IMG/VR virus record: IMGVR_UViG_3300021399_000103
Location: 1-64,000 of that record
Origin: a virus
Lineage: Duplodnaviria; Caudoviricetes
Reading direction: 5' to 3' (one strand)
Length of the DNA: 64,000 nt
Part shown: positions 16,828 through 29,356 of the stretch, piece after piece
Numbering within the stretch: the first letter of the stretch is position 1
How the letters are laid out: the number at the start of each line of letters is the position of its first letter
Program-made: the position numbers and the translations under genes
The notes under the pieces: model-generated
What the model saw: only the letters and a program-made list of their open reading frames with translations
Told to the model about the DNA's origin: nothing
Database searches by the model: none

Positions 16828-18078
16828 ATGGAAAAAGAAATAAGCAAAAAAGATTTAATCTATTGCGAAAAATGTCATAAAACTTTAAAGCGTGGCGAAT
16901 TTTATCAATCAAATAATTTAGAAAAATATCCAGATGGCGGGACTATCCCAATTTGTAAAAAATGTTTAACGATGCATGTAGACAATTGAGATCCAGCAAC
17001 ATTTACTCCTATCTTAAAAGAAGTGGATGTCCCATATATTCCAGAAGAATGAAATAAACTTCTTGAATCTTATGGACAAGATAGACGTAAAGTAACCGGA
17101 ATGACTATTCTTGGCCGCTACCTATCTAAAATGAAGCTCAAACAGTTCAAAGATTATCGTTGAAAAGATACTGAATTTCTTCAAGAGTTAGCTGAAAAGC
17201 GTTTGCGCGAGACCCTTGAGCGTCAAGGTAAAGACATTCAAGAAATTACCTTGGCATTAGAAGAACAAAAAGCAGTAATGCCAGAAAAGACATTTGAGGA
17301 AGTAGTGTTTGCGGCTGGCGATGAACCGACCGGATTCACCACGATGGAGTTGAGCGAACCAGCGAAAACCGCAGATGACTTAGGTTTAACTGAAGAAGAT
17401 ATTACCTACTTAAAACTTAAATGGGGAAAAGCGTATAAACCAGAAGAGTGAGTTCAGTTAGAACAATATTATAATGATTTTATGGAATCTTATGATATTC
17501 AGACTGCTGGACATAAAGATACTCTTAAGAAGCTCGCTAAAACATCCTTAAAATTAGACCAACTTATTGATTTGGGTGATGTCGATGGTGCACAAAAAAT
17601 GCAGAAAATGTATGATAGCTTAATGAAAAGTGGTAAGTTTACCGCTGCGCAAAATAAAGGTGAAAATGGCGAAGCGGTTGATTCAATTTCTGAACTTGTT
17701 ATGATGTGCGAAAAAGATGGATTTATTCCTCGATATTACGTAGATCAGCCAAAAGATAAAGTGGATAGAGTATTACAGGATTTACAAAACTATACTAAAT
17801 CTTTGATTACTGAAGAAACTAATATCGGAAATCTTATTGAAAATGCAGTCAAACAAATTGAAGAAGATAAACGTCGTGAAGCAGAAACAGATGCGGACGC
17901 AGCGAGCGATGAAGATATTCTTGAAGATGCATTATTTAGCGATGATATTAATTATATAGCAGATGGAGAGTTTGAGGAATTTGGCAAATTTGAAGATGAA
18001 TTAGAGAAAACCGATGAAGATTTACTTCAAAATTTAACAGATGAGGATTTTTTAAGAGATCTTAGGAAAGGAAGGTAA
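16828..18078 (+). CDS. Zn-finger protein, putative terminase small subunit (416 aa, TGA=Trp)
   Basis: GGAGG RBS, CEKC...CKKC, four in-frame TGA, directly upstream of TerL. Confidence 0.55.
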
Positions 18079-18080
18079 AT

Positions 18081-19853
18081 ATGGCTTTACAAGATTTACT
18101 AAGACTTTCACAAGACCATAAAAAGATTGGCCTTTCTGAGGAAAGAGTTGAAGCAATAAAGCCTCAAGTACGACAATATATAGCATTTTGGCGAGAGTAT
18201 CCAGATATGTTTGTGGATTTTCTGCAAACGGGAAGAGATGGGACAATTCCAGAGAATGGTCTCAAATTTTTCTTTTATCAACGAGTGTTCTTACGTGCGG
18301 CGATGCGATATAAATATGTATACATGGTATTCCCACGTGCGTATTCTAAATCATTCTTATCAGTGCTTGTATTAATGTGCCGCTGTGTGCTATACCCAAG
18401 AGCTAAATTATTTGTTACTTCTGGAGGTAAAGAACAGGCTGCGGGCATTGTTAAAGAGAAAGTAAACGAAATTTGTACTCTTGTTCCAGCTTTTGAAAGA
18501 GAACTGGATCGACGTCCTGGAAAAACAAGAGAAGGAAAAGATTACGTTTGCTATATGTTTAAGAATGGTTCATTCTTTGATAATATTGCGGCGAGTGAGA
18601 AATCAAGAGGTAAGAGACGTCATGGAGGATTAGTAGAAGAGTGCGTAGGCGTTGATGGAACGATCTTATCAGAAGTTATTATTCCAACAATGAACGTTTC
18701 AAGACTTTGTATGGATGGTTCAACACACCCAGAAGAAACATTAAATAAGAGTCAGATCTTCGTAACTACCGCAGGCTATAAAAACACCTTTGCTTATGAT
18801 AAGTTAATCCAGTTCTTAGTATGAATGGTGACAGAGCCTGAGAAAGCTATAATTATGGGTGGTACCTTCCGCATCCCTGTATTAACTGGACTATTGGATA
18901 AAACATTTATTCAAGACTTAAAACGAGATGGTACGTTTAATGAAGCTTCATTTGAACGTGAATATGAATCAAGATGAAGTGGAACGGTTGAAGATGCGTT
19001 CTTTAATGGAGAAGCATTTGATAGAAACCGCGCATTACAAAAACCGGAATATGAACATTCTGGACGTTCAAGTTTACAAAGCTATTATGTATTATCAATG
19101 GACGTTGCTAGAAAGAATACTGGTAAAGATGGATGTGATAGCGTTATAACTGTCTTTAAGGTAATTCCACAAAACTATGGAGAGGTTTCAATAAAATCTC
19201 TTGTTAATTTATATACATTAACCAATATGCATTTTGAAGACCAAGCTATTTGAGCAAAGCGTTTATTCTATAAATATAAAGCAAGACGTATTGTAATTGA
19301 TGCTAATGGTCTTGGTATTGGTTTAGTTGATTATATGGTAAAACGTCAAACAGATCCTCTAACTGGGGATGAATATCCTGATTTTGGAGTTGAAAATGAT
19401 GATGAAGGATACTACAAAAGATTTAAGACTGCGGATACTGAACAAGAAGCAATGTATTTAATAAAAGCAAATGCGCCGATTAATACAGAAGCACATTCTA
19501 ATGTTCAAACACAACTTACTTCTGGAAAATTAAAATTCTTAATTGACGAACGTGTTGCTAAAAATAAATTATTAGGAACACAAAAAGGAAAACAAATGAC
19601 ACCAGAAGAAAGGGCAGAGTACTTAAAACCATATACCTTAACTTCTATATTAAAAGAGGAGATGTTAAACCTTCGTGAAGAAAATGAAGGTATTAATATT
19701 ATTCTAAAACAAGCTAATCGTGGTATTAGAAAAGATAAATTTTCAGCTTTTGAATATGGATTATATTATATCAAACAAGTTGAAGATAGTAAGAAAAAGA
19801 AACGTAAAAGATTTAATGCGGCAGAATGAAGATTTAGTTCGCATATAGGATAA
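18081..19853 (+). CDS. terL: terminase large subunit (590 aa, TGA=Trp)
   Basis: Walker A-like PRAYSKS, Walker B GLVEE, TTAG motif; nuclease SMDVAR / IDANGLG / KDKFSA. Confidence 0.9.
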
Positions 19854-19863
19854 GGAGATAATT

Positions 19864-20223
19864 ATGAGAGCAAGTAGAGGAGAAATAAAAATAGAAGAGA
19901 TTTTAAGAGAAGCCGGGTTAAATTTTAAGATGGAATTATCTTTTGAAGGTTTGAATAGTTCTAATGGACGACCATTGCGTTTTGACTTTGCGGTTTTTGA
20001 TGATGAGGGTAAAATAGACTTTTTAATTGAATATCAAGGACGACAGCATTATGAGCCAAGTAGTAAGTTTGGTGGTAAAAAAGGGCTTTATCAGCAGCAA
20101 TTTAATGATGCGAAAAAGCGCAGATTTTGTCAATTGCATGATATTAAACTAATAGAAATTCCATATACTGATGAAAATATTCTGGACTACGATTATATAA
20201 TTAATAGAGCATATGGAAAATAA
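19864..20223 (+). CDS. Vsr/DUF559-like endonuclease
   Basis: FDF..IEYQGRQH..D..K...LIEIPY pattern. Confidence 0.75.
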   Translation: MRASRGEIKIEEILREAGLNFKMELSFEGLNSSNGRPLRFDFAVFDDEGKIDFLIEYQGRQHYEPSSKFGGKKGLYQQQFNDAKKRRFCQLHDIKLIEIPYTDENILDYDYIINRAYGK

Positions 20224-20235
20224 GGAGGTGGAGCT

Positions 20236-21849
20236 TTGGAAAACAAAGATAGACAAGAAGCTATTCGTAAAAAAGGCTTCGATATGAATGGCGCCGCTGA
20301 CTATAGTGAAACCACTGATTATGGTAAGATAAAAGTAGGACTAAAAACATTAGAAGATGCGATTATTGATCTTGGATTTTATAAAAAAGTAGAAGGTAGA
20401 AGATGTATTGATAAACGAGTAGTATTGCGTGCTATTATTGATAAAGATTATCGTGCTATTAGAGTAATTTCTGATTATTTTTATAGAACTAATGGTATTT
20501 ATCAAAGAATTGTTAATTACTATGCCACAATGTATCGTTGAGATTGGTATATTACCCCAACAATTTATGAAGAAAAAATATTGGAAAGTGATAAAGAATG
20601 CTTAAAAATTACTAATGAATTTTTTAAGGCATTAGATTATTTAGATAATACACATATTAAAAAATTATGCGGAGATATTGCGCTTAAAGTAATTAAATAT
20701 GGCGTATGCTATGGCTATATTGTTGAAGGCGAAAATGGTGTTTTATTCCAAGAACTACCACCAGACTATTGTCGTTGTAGATATTATATAAATAATTTGC
20801 CGGCGATTGAATTTAACATGGCTTATTTTGATGAAAGATTTAGAGATATAAATTATAGAATGAGAGTTTTGAAAATGTTCCCTAAAGATTTTCAAAAAGG
20901 TTATTTGCTATATAAAGAAAGAAAACTACAACCTGATTTCCAAGGAGATATAGGAACTTGGTACTTACTTGATCCTGGATATGCGGTTAAATTTAGTTTA
21001 GCTGGTGCTGGTGATTTACCATTATTCTTTAATGTAATACCTTATTTACTTGACCTTGATGCAGCGCAAGATCTCGATCGCCGCAAACAAATGCAGGATT
21101 TGTTAAAAATTTTAGTACAGAAACTTCCAATAGACAAAAATGGCGATTTAATCTTTGATGTAGATGAAGCCAGAGATATTCATAATAATGCGGTTGCTAT
21201 GTTACAGCATTCTATTGGTGTTGATATTATTACAACATTTGCTGATATTGATTCTATTGACTTGTCAGATGCGCGAAACGTAGATAATGATGATCTTGAA
21301 AGAGTTGAGCGTACTGTCTATAATGCGGCAGGTGTTCCTAAGAATTTATTTAATTCAGATGGTAATATTGCCTTAAATAGTTCAATTTTACAAGATGAAG
21401 GCGTTATGCGTGACTTAAAGTTGCAATTTGAAATATTATTTGATACAATAATACAGAGAAGAATCAAGAATAAAAAGAAATATAATTTTAGATATTATAT
21501 CTTAGATACTACTCAATATAATTATAAAGATTTATCTAAAATGTATCTTGATGAAATGCGTACTGGTTATGGTAAGATGTTTGCGCAGATTGCTCTTGGA
21601 CATTCACAAAATTCTATTATGAGTACTGCTTATTTTGAGAACTCTGTATTAGGATTGAGTGAAATTATGATTCCACCTATGATGTCATCTACTATTGGTA
21701 GTGAAGATATTCAAAATTTGGGCAAAAAGAATAAATCTGCTAATGGCAATCAGCAAACTAATACAGAAGAGAATACTGGGGGTCGTCCTAAGAAGGAAGA
21801 AACCCAGGTTTCTGATAAAACTATAGCAAATAGAGAAAGTATGAAGTAG
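20236..21849 (+). CDS. portal protein (537 aa, TGA=Trp)
   Basis: Position after terL, size, C-terminal GGRP motif, one in-frame TGA. Confidence 0.8.
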
Positions 21850-21859
21850 GAGGAAAAAA

Positions 21860-23137
21860 ATGCATAACAGTGTAGCAATAGATTCTCCTATTGAAATTAT
21901 TGATGTTTCACCTACTGTGAGTCCTCTTATTTCAAAAGTACAAATTAAAGTTTGTTATGTTGGCGATGAGCCAAATCGCAATGGTAGTGTTATCACAAAA
22001 GCTGTTGCGAAAGAAATGGGAGAGACTCTCAGAGGTTGCCCTATCGTTGGGTTTTATAATGAAAACACTGGCGATTTTGAAGGGCATAATCAAAGCATTG
22101 ATATTCGTAGTGGAGAGTGGTATTTTAAGGATACAACACAACCTTACGGTTTTGTAGATTTAAATGCCAAAGTATGGTTTCAAAAATTTGTTGATGATGG
22201 TGTTGAGCATGAATATCTTATGACAGAAGGATATATATGATCAGAACAGTTTCCAGAAACAAAGCGTATTTTGACAAAAGGAAACAATCAATCAATGGAA
22301 TTACATGAACCTACATTAAAAGGATTTTGGTCAGAAGATGATAATGAAAAACCAAGTTTCTTCATTATTAATGAAGCAATAATCTCTAAACTTTGTATTT
22401 TAGGTGAAGATGTTGAACCTTGCTTCGAGGGTTCTCAGATTACAAAAGTACAATTCTCATTTGAACCTTCATTCCAAGAAAAGATTTTATCTATGATGGA
22501 AAAGGTTACAGAGATGACAAAAGAAGGAGGGACAGATTCTGTGGAAGAAGTAAAAACACCAGAAATGGAAGAAGAAGTTTTAGATAACGAAGAAGATAAA
22601 CCAGAAGAAGAAGCTCCTGCAGAACCTGAAGTTGAAGAAACTCCAGAAGAAGAAGCAGAAGAAGCTCCAGCTGAGTCTGAAGAAGAACCTCAGGAAGACG
22701 AGCAGCCTGAAGAAGAAAAAAATGAGGACGAAAGCGTTAAATATAATCTTGATGATATTCAAGAATATAGAGAACTAAAGTCTAACTATGAAGAGTTACA
22801 GACTAAGTTCGAAACTATGAAAGCTGAATATGATACTCTTGTAGAATTTAAGAAAGTTGCGGATCGTAAAGAAAAGCAAGCTATGATTGATCGTTTCTAC
22901 ATGCTATCAGAAGAAGATAAGAAAGATGTTATCACAAATATTGATACTTATAGTGTCGATGATATCGAAGCAAAGCTTTCTGTAATTTGTGTTCGTAACA
23001 AGGTTAGTTTTGATCTTGAAGATGATGATAAAGAAGAGAAACCAACAATCTTCAATCTTGAAGAACAAGAAATTGAAGATGATATGGTACCTGCTTGGAT
23101 CAAAGCTGCTATGGCTACGAAAAAAGAGATGGAATAA
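21860..23137 (+). CDS. prohead protease/scaffold (425 aa, TGA=Trp)
   Basis: NRNGS..PIVG..QSME N-terminal domain, acidic linker and coiled coil. Confidence 0.75.
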
Positions 23138-23154
23138 TAGGAGGAAGACAATAA

Positions 23155-23880
23155 ATGGCTAAGACAAGATTAAGTGAAAAAGCCACATATGTCGCTCGCG
23201 GCTATGGTCAGGTTGAACCAAACCACCTTTCAGCTCAAAAGACTGCACAAATCTATGCTCAATTACCAGCAGCTGCTGATATTAAGATCTTAGAAAATGG
23301 TCAGTTCGCAACATATAACTATGCTGCAGATGATGGTGGAGCAGTCGACTTTGAAGGCGCTGGCGAATGGATGATGGTCTTTAATGAGATCAAGCTATAT
23401 CGTGACTTTGAACAGGATTGCGATTTCGCAATGAAAAAAGAAGATTATGTTGCTCGTGTATACAGCCCAATTGATGGCACACAGCCTTTAACAGAATGGC
23501 AAGCTCGTTTCTACGGAGCTAAAGATGGCAATGGTAATGATAATGCTGAACGTGTTACAAAACCAGCTAGTCCTTACGAAGTAGATTCTACAGATGATCC
23601 ATTCCATGTAGTTGAAAATTACAAGAAACCAAAATATATGCCAGAAGGAACACGTATGGTTCCACGTCTTTTCAAGATTAATATTGGCGATATTTGGACA
23701 ACAAATACAATTAAGGCAGAACCAGGTAGTCTTAAGGTTGGTATGATGCTCACACCTGATGCAGATGGCTACTTAAAAGTCGGAGAAGGCGCAGATGCTC
23801 TTCATCCAACAATGCAGATTGTTAAGGTTTATACAATGCCTGATATGCAGCCTGGCGTAAAAGTTATGCGCGTTAAATAA
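23155..23880 (+). CDS. capsid decoration/cement protein
   Basis: Between scaffold and MCP; highly biased codons; no TGA. Confidence 0.6.
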   Translation: MAKTRLSEKATYVARGYGQVEPNHLSAQKTAQIYAQLPAAADIKILENGQFATYNYAADDGGAVDFEGAGEWMMVFNEIKLYRDFEQDCDFAMKKEDYVARVYSPIDGTQPLTEWQARFYGAKDGNGNDNAERVTKPASPYEVDSTDDPFHVVENYKKPKYMPEGTRMVPRLFKINIGDIWTTNTIKAEPGSLKVGMMLTPDADGYLKVGEGADALHPTMQIVKVYTMPDMQPGVKVMRVK

Positions 23881-23899
23881 TAAGAAAGGAGTATAGGAA

Positions 23900-25042
23900 A
23901 TGTTAGATAAGAAAAATTTTATTGCATTAGCTAAAACTGTAGCTAAAGCTGACCCTAAAGCTCCAACTGCGTATAGCTATGGCGGTCAGAATTTCAGTTA
24001 CGCTGAATTAAATGAAACTCTTCGCAATGAGTTTAAAGAAATTGCTGGAACATACCAGTTATATCGTGAAAATAAAAACTTAGTATTCTCTATTATTGAA
24101 GAAACATTAAATGATGTTCTTCCACAGAGAGTCGTACAGAACTATGGTCAGTTTGCAGAAGTTAAAACTTTTGCTCAGGGCGATAGACCAATGTTCCGTA
24201 GAAAGATCGATGGCACAAATCGTGCTAAGCAGTTCATTACAAGAGTAGGACTTGCAGGTAACTATGAAGTCTTCAAGCTTGCTAAGACTTCTGAAAGCTT
24301 TGAAGTACCAACAAGTGCTATTGGCGGAGCAGCTCAGATCGGATTCGAAGAATTCCTTGATGGTCGTGCTGATTTTGCTGAACTTACAAATATCGTAATG
24401 GAAGGTATGGATGACCTTGTTTACGAAGAAATTGGTAAGGCTCTTGAAGGCGCTATCAATCAGCTTCCTGCAATGAACCGTGTTGTTACAAATGGCTTTG
24501 ACGCAGCTTCATTCGATGAACTTGTTCGTCTTGCTGAATCATATGGTAATGTAACAATTTATTGTACAAATGAATTTGCTGTTAAGATGATCCCTCAAGA
24601 AGCTTGGAGATATACAGAAGCAATGAAGGATGAACTTTACAGAACAGGTCGTTTAAGTGGATATAGAGATAAGAATGTAGTTATTCTTCCTAACGCTTAT
24701 AAAGACATTATTGAAGGTAAAGAAAAGGTTATCGATCCTTCATTCTGCTGGATCATTCCATCTGGCGCAGATATGAAACCAGTTAAGGTTGCTTTCGAAG
24801 GCGACACTCTTGTTGATGAAAGAGCTAATCGTGACTGGAGCCGTGAAATCCAGGTATATAAGAAAGTTGGCGTAGTTTGCATGATGAACAATGCAATGTG
24901 CGTTTATAAAGATACATCCTTATCTAAGGAAGGTGCTTTCCAACTCAAGGATACAGTTCAGAATGTTGTTACAGTTGACAATGCGTCTGATTTCCAAAGC
25001 GGCGCAGATGATAATCAAGGTGGTAACGGCCAACAGGGGTAG
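23900..25042 (+). CDS. major capsid protein
   Basis: 380 aa, synteny, high-expression codon bias. Confidence 0.85.
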   Translation: MLDKKNFIALAKTVAKADPKAPTAYSYGGQNFSYAELNETLRNEFKEIAGTYQLYRENKNLVFSIIEETLNDVLPQRVVQNYGQFAEVKTFAQGDRPMFRRKIDGTNRAKQFITRVGLAGNYEVFKLAKTSESFEVPTSAIGGAAQIGFEEFLDGRADFAELTNIVMEGMDDLVYEEIGKALEGAINQLPAMNRVVTNGFDAASFDELVRLAESYGNVTIYCTNEFAVKMIPQEAWRYTEAMKDELYRTGRLSGYRDKNVVILPNAYKDIIEGKEKVIDPSFCWIIPSGADMKPVKVAFEGDTLVDERANRDWSREIQVYKKVGVVCMMNNAMCVYKDTSLSKEGAFQLKDTVQNVVTVDNASDFQSGADDNQGGNGQQG

Positions 25043-25449
25043 CAACAACAACGGTTAGTAAGTTGGCCACTCTTCCATCATGGGACGCCAGCTATGATAG
25101 CATGGTAGTCAATAATGGGGCCGTTGAGGTTGAACAAAGTGGTACTTCCATTGTCATCAAAGGTAAACTTGAAGACTTAGTTACATTCCCATCTTCTAAT
25201 GCAGCTCAAGGAGAGCATAAGTGGATTGGATTAGATATTGATACGGGTCTCGATACAATCGTTGGTGCTACATGGAATGGCGCTGAATTAACAGATGCTG
25301 ACGTAGAGGAAGCAGCTGGATTAGGTCTTGGAGCAGGACATATTGTATTCTGGACTAAGGCAGAAACAATCGCTACAACACCAGCAACAATTACAATTGG
25401 CGCCGGAGGTGAAAGTGTTACATTAACAGTAGCATTTGAAGAAAACTAA
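25039..25449 (+). CDS. beta-rich (Ig-like) domain, probably fused to MCP by -1 frameshift
   Basis: The -1 frame is open across the MCP stop, and there is no RBS before the TTG at 25063. Confidence 0.6.
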   Translation, partial: VATTTVSKLATLPSWDASYDSMVVNNGAVEVEQSGTSIVIKGKLEDLVTFPSSNAAQGEHKWIGLDIDTGLDTIVGATWNGAELTDADVEEAAGLGLGAGHIVFWTKAETIATTPATITIGAGGESVTLTVAFEEN

Positions 25450-25463
25450 ATATTTAAAAGTTA

Positions 25464-25500
25464 AAGGGGAGTAGGGGTAAATCCCCTCTCCCCTTATTTT
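25464..25500 (+). terminator. intrinsic terminator
   Basis: AAGGGGAG..GGGG/CCCC..CTCCCCTT followed by a T run. Confidence 0.75.
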
Positions 25501-25531
25501 CATTAAATGGGAGAAAAAGGAGATAATTAAA

Positions 25532-26110
25532 ATGGCAGAATTAGTAACAGTTGAAAATAGAACAGCTGGTAAAATTGTATATCAGATTCCAGATAGACAC
25601 ATTCGTAGAGAGCTTGCGCCAAGGCAGTCCATTAGAGTACCAAAAGAAGAAGTAGAAGCTCTTTCTTATACTGCTGGTGGCCTTGACTTAATCAGAAACC
25701 ACCTCTTGGTAAAAGATGAAGAAGTTTTAGATGAATTAAATATTCATAGAGAACCTGAGTATTATATGAATGCTGATAATGTCGCAAAACTTATTAGAGA
25801 AGGAAGTTTAAATGAATTTAAGGATGCTCTTGACTTTGCTCCAGATGGAGTTAAAGATATGATTAAAGATTTAAGTGTTCAGATGCCTTTAAATGATTTT
25901 TCTAAGAGACAGGCTCTTAAAGAAATGACTGGATTTGATGTTGATGCAGCAATTCAACACGATAAAGAAAATAAGACTATTGAGGGCGATGAGGCACCTG
26001 CGGCCGCAGCTCCAAAGACACGTAGAGTTCAGACTACAGCGCGTAGGAGCACTGGTGGTGTAGCAGCAGAGGCGGTTGCCGCAAACAAGCCTAAGATTAT
26101 TAAAAAATAA
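25532..26110 (+). CDS. hypothetical virion-associated protein
   Basis: 192-aa ORF with AAGGAG RBS. Confidence 0.7.
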   Translation: MAELVTVENRTAGKIVYQIPDRHIRRELAPRQSIRVPKEEVEALSYTAGGLDLIRNHLLVKDEEVLDELNIHREPEYYMNADNVAKLIREGSLNEFKDALDFAPDGVKDMIKDLSVQMPLNDFSKRQALKEMTGFDVDAAIQHDKENKTIEGDEAPAAAAPKTRRVQTTARRSTGGVAAEAVAANKPKIIKK

Positions 26111-26135
26111 TGTTTAGAAGAAAGGAGAGTATATT

Positions 26136-26732
26136 ATGGGAACACCGTTCACAGATATATATAATCGCTTTCTTGGTAAAATCACAGATGATATGTACAT
26201 GGAGTTAACTCCAGAGGATACTATGAGGGACTTAAGGTCCCTTTTAATTGACGCTATTCCAGGTTTTGAATTTCCTCGTAAAATTTTAGATGATTTTTCT
26301 ATTGAATCTTTAGTAGTAAGAGAAGATATGGTTGAAAAGGAAGATTTTGTAATTGGAGTAGTTTGAAATACACCAGATGAAGAGTCTGATGAAGGTATTC
26401 CAGATGTATATATTGAACGCTCGCATTTTAATGTAGATTTAACGAGTGAAGAGATTAATATTCTTGCGTTATTAATGATGTGTGGTTGATTGCAGCGTCA
26501 AGTCACATCTATTGAAAATACTCGTATGAAATATAGCGGGTCTGATTTTAAGTTTACCTCACAAGCCAACCATCTTGCTAAATTATTAAATTTATTATCG
26601 GAATGTCAGAGACAGTCATTTCATATGCAGCGTCTTTACAAACGCAGACGTATTAATGATGATGGATACATTGAATCCAATTGAGATGTATTAAGAAATG
26701 GAATCTTTGGTGATTACGAAGTGCGGCATTAA
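26136..26732 (+). CDS. putative head-tail adaptor (198 aa, TGA=Trp)
   Basis: Three in-frame TGA; synteny. Confidence 0.6.
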
Positions 26733-27015
26733 TATTCCAGAGAAAAGTTTTAAATCTGATATAGATAGATTAACAAATCAACTCTGGAAATTAATACCCA
26801 TGAAAGAGAATGAAGAGAATTGATTAGAACAATTAAATACTGTTATTATTGAAATTAGAGGATTATCAGAGATATTTGCTTCAAATGATAAATTTTTAAT
26901 TCTTTTAAGTAAATTAGAGGGATTAAAGATTTCAGAGGATTTAGAATTTTCTACTTATAGAAAAACAGTATTTGAATCAATTTCTTTATTAAGGGAGATG
27001 CTTAATGTCATATAG
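26698..27015 (+). CDS. hypothetical protein (~105 aa, TGA=Trp)
   Basis: Absent from the track; open except for one TGA. Confidence 0.65.
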
Positions 27016-27997
27016 TACTGATAAATCTCAATTTTCTGGAATAAATTTAATGGCGAATCGAATAAATTGGCATGGTGGTAGCCCGCAGCAAGATCGTATG
27101 ATTAGAGATAAAAGATGATCATTAGATCATGCGGTGAAGTATTCTTATCAAGCTGCAAAAATTAAACATACTGATGCTGTTAATCAGGAACAAGCACCAG
27201 CATTAATTAATCCTGACAAGACAAAACAAAATTATGATGATAAGATTCTTTCTGTTGGATATGAATATAAATATCAACCAGGGGATGTCTTTGATTGAAT
27301 GAATACTGGATCTAAATGGATAATTTATTTACAAGATTTAACAGAGTTAGCTTATTTTAGAGGGGAGATTAGACGTTGTAATTATACAGTATCTTGACTT
27401 GATGAAAAAGGTGAAAAATATACTCAATATCTTGCAGTTAGAGGTCCAGTAGAAACTAAGATTAATTATATTCAAAAGAGTGGTATTAGTATAGATACGC
27501 CAAATCATTCATTGGATATTTTGATGACAAAAACTCCAGAGGCATTGGAGTATTTTAGACGTTATGCAAAATTCTATTTAAAAGGAATAGAAGAGAAAGA
27601 TAAAAATACTTGCTGAAGAGTTGAAGCAACGGATTCTATTAGCATGAAAGGGGTGCTACAGGTTGTTGCTGTAGAATATTATGCTAATGAAACTAGAGAT
27701 GATTTAGAGAATTCTTTAGTAGATGGATTAGTTGTTGAACCAATTAATCCAAATGATATAGATACTAATTTTGATAATTTAATTAAAGGTGAAACCTTTA
27801 TTAAACCAAGAATTGAATATAAGTATTTTTATAGAGGAAATGAAACTGCGAAATGGTCTATTGATAAGAAAGTTCCAGTTAAACTAATTCAAGTAGGTAA
27901 AAAAGTTACTCTTAAATGAGATAGTGGATACAGCGGACAATTTACTTTGAAATATGGTAAATCTGAAAAGACTATTGTTGTAGAATCGTTATTTTAA
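27005..27997 (+). CDS. putative head-closure/neck protein (330 aa, TGA=Trp)
   Basis: Single frame with several TGA; synteny. Confidence 0.6.
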
Positions 27998-28014
27998 GGA
28001 GAAAAAGGAGTATT

Positions 28015-28611
28015 ATGATAATTAAGAATTATACTATACCGCATTCATCATTTATGTCAGTTGATAAAGATTTAGAATTAATCACTACATGAATGATGAA
28101 GAATAAAAATCTGTGTAAAATATTGTATTATACGGATAGAGATGCGTTGAATAAACCTGCGCTAACTCAAACTCAGTGCGCAGAACTTATGGGGAAAAAT
28201 ATTAAAATTGTTCCTAAATTATATGTAGATGGAAGTGTACTTGCTTATGTAATTATTTCTATGGATAATTTTGTTCCAAGTGCGAATCCGCAATTTAGAG
28301 ATAATATTATATCATTTGATATTGTGTGTCATTTTGATCAATGGCATTTGCAAGATTTTCAGTTACGCCCATATCGTATAGCTGCTGAGATAGATTCAAT
28401 GTTTGATAATCAACATTTAACTGGAATTGGTGAATTGCATTTCATGGGTGCTAACCAGATTATTCTTAACGATGAATATGCTGGATTAACATTAATGTAT
28501 CAAGCTGTTCATGGTGGAGAAGATAAAAAGAATACACCAAATCCAGATGATAATCAAAAAATGGTTGATGATTTTAATGAACTATATAAACAGAAACAAT
28601 TTAAAGAATAA
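28015..28611 (+). CDS. putative tail terminator/completion protein (198 aa, TGA=Trp)
   Basis: AAGGAG RBS; FDIVCH..W..LRPY..IDxMF pattern. Confidence 0.55.
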
Positions 28612-29333
28612 TGAAGGATATAGACCTTGCATTGTTTACTGGAGTGGATATTCCAGTTCCAGAATTGCAAATTATAATTCATCAACCGACAATTAAAGAA
28701 ATATCTATGGTTGGTGAGAAACCTTTTTTATTAGGGATTCAAACCTTATGTATAGATAAAGAACAGTTTAAACAGGACAAAAGAGATTTATCTAATACTT
28801 CTAATTTTCAAATATTTATGACAATAATGCATGAAAAAGAAGCTAAAGAAAGTAAAGAGAATGTATTACAAGCAATGTCTTTAATTGTACCAAATTCTAA
28901 ACTTACTCTAACTCCTAGGGCATTATTGTTAAATTATAATGACTCAAACATTATAATAGATGAAGGTAATTTTGAGGATTTTCAAAAAATCTTACGGCAA
29001 GTTTTTTGTCTACGTATTAAAGATGATGATTTTAATCCAGCAAATGAAGCCGCAGCTAAGATTGCGGAAAAAATTAAAAAAGGACGTGCAAGAGTAGCAC
29101 ATTTAAAAGGCGATGATGTGGGAAGCATTTACGCAAGATATATTTCTACTTTAGCTGTTGGATTAAGAATCTCTATTGATGTTTTAATAAATTATACTAT
29201 ATATCAAATTCAAGATTTATTAGAACGATTTAATTTATGAAGTAATTGGGATTTAGATATTCGATCAAGACTTGCTGGGGCTAAAGGTGACGGCAAGCCT
29301 GAAGATTGAACGAGAAATATCCACAAAGACTAA
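28611..29333 (+). CDS. hypothetical tail-assembly protein (240 aa, TGA=Trp)
   Basis: Extends through two TGA to TAA. Confidence 0.65.
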
Positions 29334-29356
29334 TTTAAAGAAGGAGGAAAAAGCCC

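Noticed and set aside
18928-19149. Separate gene or intron within terL, and similar off-frame ORFs at 38392, 45835, 51124 and 62690
   Set aside because: They are out-of-frame shadows, and the main frame is continuous under code 4.
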